NCBI GenBank assembly: GCA_021432655.1
Contig: MU271415.1
Span: 49,697 to 69,696, forward strand
Direction of reading: 5' to 3'
DNA from: Atractiella rhizophila
Lineage: Eukaryota
DNA length: 20,000 nucleotides
Below are positions 11,445 to 20,000 of the stretch, one piece after another; the stretch's first letter is position 1; every line of letters starts with the position of its first letter. The notes under the pieces are model-generated. The model ran no database searches and was not told where the DNA came from. It was given only the letters and a program-made list of their open reading frames with translations. Both the position numbers and the translations under genes were made by a program.

Positions 11445-11757
11445 TGTTTTGCAGCCCTTGAACATGTACTGAGTACCAAGTGCTGACTTTGTTTTAGAAA
11501 CTTCATCATGGAGGCCAGCTTGCTAACTTCCTCATCGCCTTGAAACCAATGACCAAAGAACCAAAATCGCACACCCGCACCACCAAACCGAACCTCACTA
11601 AGGAGACGACCAAAGAAAAACGGTAGTAGAAACAACAAAGCCCAAGGAACGATCATTAAAAACACAAACTGAATAAGGAGTATAAGCATAAAGGTTATGT
11701 ATATTTCTGCTACTAGCTACTAGTAAAGGAGATACAGCCCTGGTCAAGATAGATGGA

Positions 11758-14700
11758 CTACCAGTTGACACCAAGAAGACTATCGCGTTGATTACTCAGT
11801 TACAGCGTTGACAAAAAGAAGGAAACTCACTTGTCACCATCTGGACTAAGCTCCAAACTGCTCATACACCTTGCATACCAGTCATCGCACCTCAACCTAG
11901 CATGAATGGCCACTGGCAACGCCTTCGGGACTGGCACCTCCTCCTCTTCCGCCACGCTAATGCTAGCACTGTGTCCCGTCCCTGGACGTTTTAACTTGAG
12001 TTTTGAAGGAGACACGGGAACGAGGGCGATTGGAGGACCGAGAGCGGCGGGTGGGAGACCAGGGGCTAGGGTCAGAGGGCGATTGGGTGGTGAGCTGGTT
12101 GGGGAAACGGAGCTCGGCAGGGTTTGGAGAGGGACGTTTGCGCCGAGGTTGTAATTGCTGAAGGAACGCGAGGTGCGAGCTGTGGGAGGAGGGGAAGGGG
12201 GTGAAGCCAGGGGCGGAACAGAACCACTACGGATAATAAAAGGTCGTGGAACGGTCACTGTGCCCCATTTCCTCGCATCGAAACCTGAGATTGGAGCTCC
12301 TATTAAGGTTGCGTTGGACGACTTGCTCGAGCTCGCCAACGACAACGGTGTATTCTCAACGGTCGTATGACTGCCAACGCTACCGATAGGAACTATGTCG
12401 TCATCTTGAAATGGAGAGCCGACTATCGTCTTTGTTTCGGCTCCAATGGAAGGCTGAGGCGGGGTGAAAGCAAGAGGGGTGACAGAGCGCGAAGGAGCGA
12501 TCACAGAGTTGCGAGGCGAATCAACCACCTGAGAGAATCTAATGGTTGAACCGTGCCTCTCGAATCCAGGTGTCCTCGACACTCCATCAGCATACTTCTT
12601 ACCCAAATCCTTCATCACCTCCTTCCCGAAGTCCTTCGCACTCTTCCCCCTCATCATCATCATCTGTCCCTTGGCAAAGAGCGAGTAAGGCGTAAACATG
12701 AACGGGGTCCCCTTGATGCCTTCGTTCACGTCGCCTCCTCTAATCCCATCCTCGAAACCTGCAGGCAGGACAGCCTCGAACAGGATGATATTTGCTGGCT
12801 TGACAGAATCATCCAAGCTCGCAGGGGCATCTGTGAGCTCGGTGGAGAGACGGGCGATGTTGCCAACATTGGGGTAGACGTCGACGAGCGCGACGAGAAC
12901 TGCTTCAACGGCCGTAGCGAGGGAGGTCTGAAATATGACTAGATCTGAGAAGGGCGAGGATTGGATCGAACGTTCACATTCAGCGAGCACCTCATTCATT
13001 GTCCTCCCCGTCAGAGATGTTACCCATTCACGCATCTCCTGAGTGAACTTTTGAACATCCGGAAGGCGATAGCACGGTATCTGGAGCCGAGAGAAGTTGT
13101 ACACCAGCCTATCGAATCCAAACAACCATACTCGTCAACTCGCCGCTCAACAATACATAAAAGAAAGGAAGAAACGCACGTCTCCACTCCTCCCTGCCTC
13201 GTGCTCGCCGCCCTAACACCAAATAATCCCACATAAAGACCTTCGCTCTGAACCAAAGGTCTGAAACCTCTCCTTCCATAATTATTCAAGCTCTGCAGCA
13301 AGCTCGCCATCTCGTCCTCGTCGATCCAAAACCTCTGTCCGAGCAACTTAGCCAAGATATCCGGTTCCACGAACCGATATCCATTCTGAGCGTACTTGGC
13401 TGGTGAATCGTTCCCCTTTCCAGAAATCTGTCTGACAAGGAAGAGCATGACTCCCTTATCACTCCGATGGACCTCGATGACCGACGCCGCCTCTGATTCC
13501 TCCCCGCTCCCTCCTTCCGTATGCGACCCATACGACGTCTGTGACACCTTTTCCTCATCCAGATTCCGCCTCAATCTTTTCTCTCCCCTCGTCCCGGTTG
13601 TCAGTATCCGATCATACAACACTCCGATGTCTTCCACTTCCACTTTCAATTCGCCCGCCAAAGACACCGCGCTCTCAATAAATTTCTCCACGAATCCCAT
13701 ACCACCCATCCCCATCCCCATAACCAACCCATTCCTTGGAGAATTTACATTAGTTCCAGCCTTGTCGAAATCGGGGATGGGAGCTGCCTTTCGACGTCCG
13801 GTGAAAGGACAGGCAGCCGTCGTTGGTGGAGTAGGAGAGACGATGCCGAAGGAGTGCGCGAGGATCTTGCTGATATACGGAGTGAGAAGGGACCAGTCGA
13901 AGGAGAGCGAGTAAAGGTATTGGAAGGTCGACTGTCGATGATCCAGCTGGTATAAAATGTCCTATCCATTCCAACGGAACCAAAAATGTGAGACCATTTT
14001 CCACATTCACGGAGAAGACGAAAGACGGACCTCCAAGGCGGATCTAGATTCGATTACCTTCATAGGTAACACTCCATCCTTGTGTGTCAAAACTCTTCCC
14101 TGCTTATCGAAAGCGACAGAAACAACCAAGACCTCTCTCGCCTTTGCCTCAATTTTCTTCTTGATCAAATGATCCGAATACCCAATCGCGATCGCCAGAA
14201 GACAGACGAAGAAAGACATAACCGATATAGCTGTATCCCAAGTCCCCAAGAGGGCCACCAAATCAGGAATCTGACCGCCCCCACACAGATGGTATGAGGG
14301 GATGGTGTAAGATGGGAAGACGAACCGATGACAAGGGTGTTGCTGCTCTTCCTCCCAGCCGTGAAACCGTCGCTGGTAGTACCTTTCTTTACCTTCCAGC
14401 TGGTCCCTGCGAGCGCGACGTAGTGCATTCCCGAAACGGAGCAAGCGAGTCCAAAAGCGCATAAGGCTCGTTTGTGGAAGACGTCTTGCCAATGATGTCT
14501 CAACCTATCACATATCATCATAGCCTCGAATCAGTTCTATCGTTCTATTCGACAGCAGGTAGGATGGGAGGGGAGGGACGGACCGGAAAAAGACGAGGAG
14601 TGCGGCGGCAGAAGAGACGCAGGAGAGGACGATGGAGCCTATGAGGTGTGGGAGCTGATACGAGACGGCGAAGGAGGCTGAGAGGGAAGCCGAGTAGTGC

Positions 14701-15262
14701 ATCAGGCTGATGATTAGTCCGAACAGGATCCCAGTCACCTGCCACGATCCCATCAGTCACCGACTTGTTCTCTATTCGGATTCGGAAGGATGGGACGAAC
14801 CAAGACGCGGAAGAAAGAGAATTCTTGTTGGGATCCGAGGAAGACGAATGCGCCGGCGAGAGCGATGAGTGGAACGAAGAGCGAGAGAACTGTGAAGCTG
14901 TTGCGTATTTTGTTAACGTTGTCAACATGGAAACCAACGAAGGGAAAGACTCACGCAGGATGGAACTTAATATACCACAACACGCCTTTAGCCGGAACGA
15001 GTGTTATATGGATCCCCAAAAAATGCATTCCCCAAATCCCCACACTGGCCATAGTACCAGCGCTCAAGAGCAAGAGCAGGACGTTACCCCTCCCCGTCGT
15101 TCCCGTCCGTCGACCAATGAGAAGCAAGGAAGTGTAGCAGCCGAGGAAGGAGACGATGATACTCGCGACCACGATACCTGGCGAGAAACGCTGTGGTATG
15201 GCGTGCGTTTGGTACCATGCGGCGAGGGTGAGGAGGTCCGGTGGCGAGGTTGGTTGGTCCAT
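11758..15262 (-). CDS. Fungal MHYT-domain integral membrane protein with long cytoplasmic C-terminal region
   Basis: Hydrophobic N-terminus with three MHYT-type repeats (GIWGMHFLG, ISLMHYSAS, VSGMHYVALAG), then REVLVVSVAFDKQGRVL and large exons ending in a Pro/Ser-rich tail. Probable last intron (GTGAGT near 11830) gives terminal ...NLLGVNW* with stop at 11760-11758. Internal exon boundaries are approximate. Confidence 0.85.
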
Positions 15263-16001
15263 GATATGATGTCAATTGTTATTACCGTGTCGATTATAGA
15301 TGTTGATGAGTGGTGCGTGTCAGAAAGGAAGAGAAGAAGGATACGGAGAGGGAGAAGGAGAAGAGAGGTAGGATGGACAGAGGAGAATAGAAAGGGATAC
15401 TTAGTAGACTAAGGACTAGGGTGGGAAGAAGGACGGAAGGAAGGATGTATCCTCATATTTATATTCTTGGATCTCGGGGTCTAAACTTCTTTAGATGCGC
15501 TGAACGATGTGAGCGTTGAGTTCGTTACAATAGGTAGTGAATGGAGGAAATTGAATGTATGCGCCAGTGCGTGCGAATCGTGCGAACAATAATAAATTTG
15601 CGCTGCTGATAATAGCTGAGAATATGGAAACACAGAGGAAAACAAGCTGCTGAGGAAACGCGGGCCAGGCGCAGGCTGAAATAAGAAAAGATACATGAGA
15701 ACAATAAACGATACCGCTGAGAAATGACGTACACCCACTCTTCTGGTAGAGGCAATCAGCTAGTGTTCTACGTGACACTCCTTCCATCGCACCTTCCAGC
15801 AATCCGTTCCTGACTCCAACCGACAGCAACAGATTTAATGATTCAATGGAGCCGTTATTAACATTAACAGAAATTCTTCCACAAGAAGCAAACTATAATG
15901 TCGCCTTCCCGCCAACGGATCACGACTCAGAACCACCAACAAACTTCAGAGCCTGATCAATCTTTCCAAACCATCCCATCCAACAAAGGGCAATCACAAC
16001 T

Positions 16002-18570
16002 ATGTCTCGATTCGCCTATCTCCTCCCTCCATCCCTCGCCAAGCCTCCCGGCTCCCCGCGGCCAGGATCAGCTGCTGGGTTTGGCGCCGGAGTTGCAGGA
16101 GCATTAGCAGGACCAGGATCAGAGGAGTGCAGAGTGTGTGGAGAGCCGACGAAGACAAAGTGTTTGGGATGTAAGATCGTGGGTTATTGTTCGGAAGAAC
16201 ATCTCAAAGCCGTAAGCTGTTCTCCTCCTCATCGTTCGCTTTGCCTCCAAACTTGTTTTTGTTTTACCTTCTTCCAAATCCAAATTTTGTCTTCCTCTGT
16301 TCCATCTCTGGTTCTTCATCTTCAGGACTCTTGTTCTCGCCCATTCGATCACGAGGATCATGACATCCCATGGGCGAGTGCCATGTCCGCCTTCCATCCT
16401 GACACTCCTCCGCTCATCCGCTCCGTACCTTGCATCGCTCACACGATCACCTCATCGCCCAGTACGGCCTGATGCCCTCGACACGAGATGATAAACAGTT
16501 CATCCACGGATGAAAAGCCAGCTCCCTCTCGCCCAAGGTCTCCAGATAACTCGTGATGCTAGCCGCTCATCCTTCATTCTTCTGTCTCCTTTCTCGGCGA
16601 CCTAGGAAATGTTTTCATGACTTTCATATTCAAGAGTTGCTGGTCCGCAACGGCGCCTTACGTCGGCTTCGATTGGCCTGCTCTCAAGTTAGGTTGTGTG
16701 CCAGGAACATTGTGTTATCTCCCATCTATCAGTCTCTCTGAATATTCCTTTCATCTAGTTCCTCGATCGCTGGTTCCTCATCAGGGAGGGGGGCGATAGT
16801 GTTCACTTCGTAGTTCCCAATTTGACCCTTTCAGCCTGAGCTTCGATCTGGGAAGAAGCACTCATACCCATTCAACCCCATCTTCCCTAGTGCTCCAGAG
16901 CTCCAGAAGCAAGCTCAACATTTTAATGTCGATACATTATTCTTCTTTCCACCCCCCATTCAGCAAACCAAAGGCTGTTCATTCTCGCTTAGTCCGCTCC
17001 AAGAGCCAGGACATTGTGGATGCAGGAGTCCTCCTTGTCACTTCACACTTTGCAAGCGAAGAAAACCCTTTCCCGTCCTTGGTTTTCGACGGGTTCATGT
17101 CGGATTTTCAATCCAAGCTTGGTTCGAAAGCGTGACATCCCGTGCTTGCCACCTAAACATGATTGTGTTGCGCTTCCCAACTACTGCAAAGGTGGGCTTA
17201 ATTCGTCCGTGTCCGTCCGAGCCAAAGTGTCTTTAATTCGTGCTGGCCGACCAAAGATGATTTGAGTCGTCCTTCCCAATTAAAGATGGTTTGGAGTCGC
17301 GCTCCCAATGAAAAATGTGCCTCTAGATTAAACATGATTTGAGTCGTGCTTCCTAATAAAAGATTATTTGGAGTGTACGTCCCACCTAAAGAGGCTCTTA
17401 ATTCGTGCTTAACAAGCCAAAGCAATTTCCATTCGCGCGTCACAAAGAATTAGGGATATCCTGGCACTTGGCCCCAATTTTGAGGTCGACGCGGTTCAGT
17501 GCAACGAGTAGCCTTTCAATGTAGTTTACCATCACCTGTGTCAAGACCATTGGTGTGCACTCGTCTGTCTTTTCGCATCCATGGATTACATGGAATGGAG
17601 CATTTGAAGACCCGCGGCTTCCCATCTCCACCAGAGAGTTTGAGTTCCCGCATCGTGGACACGGGAGAAGAGAGGTGGGAAAGTGGAATCCTGGTCAGAC
17701 TGAGACAGAAAATCTGTTCTGAAATAGATCTCCGTTCTCGTCTGCGCTACAGATCAGCTCGATGCCGTTTCCATCAGCTGATACCGTGTGTTTTCTCCAA
17801 ACCTTTCTCATGCAGCGTTCGACAGTCGTACCACTGATCGGCCGAACCTCGTCTCAGCTGCCTGCCCAAGCTTCGCTTGGACGGTGCAGCGAGCGAACTT
17901 AGATATAGCTTAACATCCTAGAATGCCAACTTTCACCATAAACGACGTTGACTGATAGTAGGGGGGATAGGACTGGGCCAACCACATCCTGACCTGCAAC
18001 GCCTCCACTCGTTCATCTACCCTCACCCAACTCGGCCTCCTCTTCCTCGGTTCCATCTCTGCCAATCCCACTCCAGTCCCAAAATCTCTCTCCCACCTAT
18101 CCACCCTCAATCGTCCACACCTCTCCTCACTCCTCATCCCTCCATGCCCCCCTGAACGTCTCAAAGTCCTCATCGCCCCCATTTCTCTCATCTTCGACGG
18201 AGAATCCGCCTTAGTGCTCGCTTACGACGCTGGACCGAAAGGACAGAGGATCGAAGGCGGAATCGATGGCATAAAGTTCAATTCTGCCCCTGGAGAGATT
18301 TGTCGGATGGGAGTGAGTTATACACGGGATCCTAAGACGGGAAGGGGGATGCAGATGAGAGGGAGCTGTTTGATGTTTTGGCTGAAGAGCGGAAGGGACT
18401 TCACCACTGAAGACTTCGACTGTATCGACGACGTTGTTGGAAGGGTCTGGCCACCAGGTTCCCCCGCGGCGACGGAGGAGATTCTAGTCAAGATCCAGAC
18501 GGAGTATAGGGAGAAGTTGGAGGAGATGAGGAAGAGAAAGGAGGAGGAGGAAAAGAATAAACCAAAGTGA
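16002..18570 (+). CDS. MYND-type zinc-finger protein (~269 aa; exons 16002-16211 and 17971-18570)
   Basis: The spliced product reconstitutes a full MYND finger CRVC-x7-CLGC-x4-YCSEEHLKA|DWANHILTC. Exon 2 is open for 600 nt and in frame with ORF 18214-18570. Confidence 0.85.
16212..17970 (+). other. Very long (1,759 nt) phase-0 intron within the MYND finger
   Basis: GTAAGC donor at 16212, CTGAT branch site at 17952-17956, TAG acceptor at 17968-17970. Confidence 0.8.
17131..17447. repeat. Degenerate ~29-nt minisatellite (about 10 units), approximate consensus ATGATTTGAGTCGTGCTTCCCAATTAAAG
   Basis: Example units: atgatttgagtcgtccttcccaattaaag, atggtttggagtcgcgctcccaatgaaaa, atgatttgagtcgtgcttcctaataaaag, tgtctttaattcgtgctggccgaccaaag. 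Confidence 0.85.
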
Positions 18571-18811
18571 TTCCTGTGACTGCTCGATTGGTGGAGCCTT
18601 GTTGACTGATTAGACTTCGTGCTCGTGGTACCTCTGCATTCTGTGTTCTCTGTGCTTCTGATATCGGCTGATTTCTGGATCCCAGTCTGTGTAATACCAT
18701 CTCATTTGCTTCTCACTCCCTCACCAGCAAGATCTACTCACACTACTCACGTCGATATACCCATACATTGTGATGATAAGAAATGATGGTACACATCAAT
18801 TTCATTGTACT

Positions 18812-20000
18812 TCACAAACCAGGAGTTTCTTCAATTCTATAAACCAACTTCACGCCGCTAACCTTTCCCTCCTTCAACATTTGCACGCCCTCCTCCACGC
18901 CTGCGAGTCCACGAGGCATCAGCTTCACCCGATTCGGTTTGACTTTCAGCGTCCCCGTTCCAAGATAGCCATACCATCTCTTTGCAAAATCCCCTTCTTC
19001 TCCGTGTGCGAAAGCGACTCTGGTCTGCTCTACATCTATTTTACCTCCCGCAGGTAAAGTGATGTCTGACGGCAAGGGAAGGACCGTCGCTATCTTTCCT
19101 CCGCCCGAACGGGAGGAGAGGAAGGACAGAATGGGGGAGAGGGACTCCGGTTGGGTGACCGCATCGAAGACTGGAACAGGAGTTGAGGAGGGTATATTTT
19201 CGAAAGCTGAGGCGATGGCAAAGGCGAGTTCATCAGAGGACTTGGAACGATAGTCGATCACTGTGCTACCTGCAATCAGTTCCCTGTATCAAGAGCAGGC
19301 AGATAGAGAAGACATGCCAACGTCTGCACCGAGTTCCTTAGCTAGCGTTTTGCTTGTTCCCGCGATTCCAATGACTTTCAGTCCAGCAAACTTTGCCAGT
19401 TGGACTGCGAAAGAACCAACACTGGACCCTGCTCCATAAATTAATACGGGAGGCAGGTCTACTTTTTCAACATCGTCGAACGGTGTAGGAAGGTCCAATC
19501 GGCGGAATAAGGCAAGGCATGCAGTCATGTACGCTAGGGGGTAAGTCGCCGCTTCTTCGAATGTAGTGTTAGGAGGAAGGTGAAAGGTTGTGTTGACGGG
19601 AGAACAGGTGTATTGCTGGTACGCGCCGTATCTTCAGGGAATCAAGTCAGAGATGGAGGGGCAAGCGATAGAAAGGTACCTCGTGTGTGCACGTATTTTG
19701 GTGAATGATGCAACCTGGAAATGGAAGGGTGAGAAAAGAACAGGAAGACGCTGATGCTCTCAAAGAAATACTCTAAAGTGCAGACATGTATGTGGTCCCC
19801 ATCATGACTGACAGGAGTCAGAAGCAATGCTTGTCTTGATGAAAGAACAAGTTTGAGATTTCGTTTGAAAAACATATTTCCAGCAATAAGTAGTAGCAAT
19901 GCTCAAGAAGGATATGGCATCTAGAAAGAAGAAAGACGAGACGCACTTGATCTCCCACTTTAAATTCACTGACGCCCTCTCCGACCTGTACCACCACTCC
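18812..20000 (-). CDS. Second MDR enoyl-reductase-like oxidoreductase, paralog of 583-1865; 5' end lies outside the window
   Basis: Exons >20000-19947 (GVVVQVGEGVSEFKVGDQ), 19714-19680 (VASFTKIRAHTR), 19631-19318 (YGAYQQY...TFEEAATYPLAY...IYGAGSSVGSFAVQLAK) and 19260-18812 (VIDYR...GLAGVEEG...GVKLVY). Confidence 0.92.

Noticed and set aside
17131..17447. CRISPR-like array
   Set aside because: Eukaryotic context, degenerate contiguous units without unique spacers, and no cas genes.
17198..17837. Short ORFs inside the MYND intron
   Set aside because: No recognisable domains, and the repeat period (~29 nt) is not a multiple of three.
16212..17970. Telomerase RNA hosted in the long intron (size would fit)
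   Set aside because: No CUAACCCUAA-type template found on either strand.
583..20000. Secondary-metabolite cluster suggested by two enoyl-reductase-like genes
   Set aside because: No PKS, NRPS or tailoring genes in the window; the intervening genes are housekeeping or signalling genes.

Overview
Eukaryotic, fungal (basidiomycete-like, inferred) gene-dense DNA with mostly 47-80 nt GT-AG introns. Left to right: an MDR/enoyl-reductase-like oxidoreductase (+), TIM17 (-), DBF4/Dfp1 (-), DPH2 (+) followed by a 1.49-kb tandem duplicate of its last five exons, an MHYT-domain membrane protein (-), a MYND zinc-finger gene (+) and a second MDR paralog (-, runs off the window). The notable items are: (1) the intact, spliceable duplicate of the DPH2 3' exon cassette; (2) a 1,759-nt intron splitting the MYND finger and carrying a degenerate ~29-nt repeat array; (3) a 631-nt hairpin-rich TIM17 intron that contains the complement of its own 5' splice site; (4) a GC-AG intron. 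Exon structures were inferred by eye from splice signals and protein motifs; no database searches were run.
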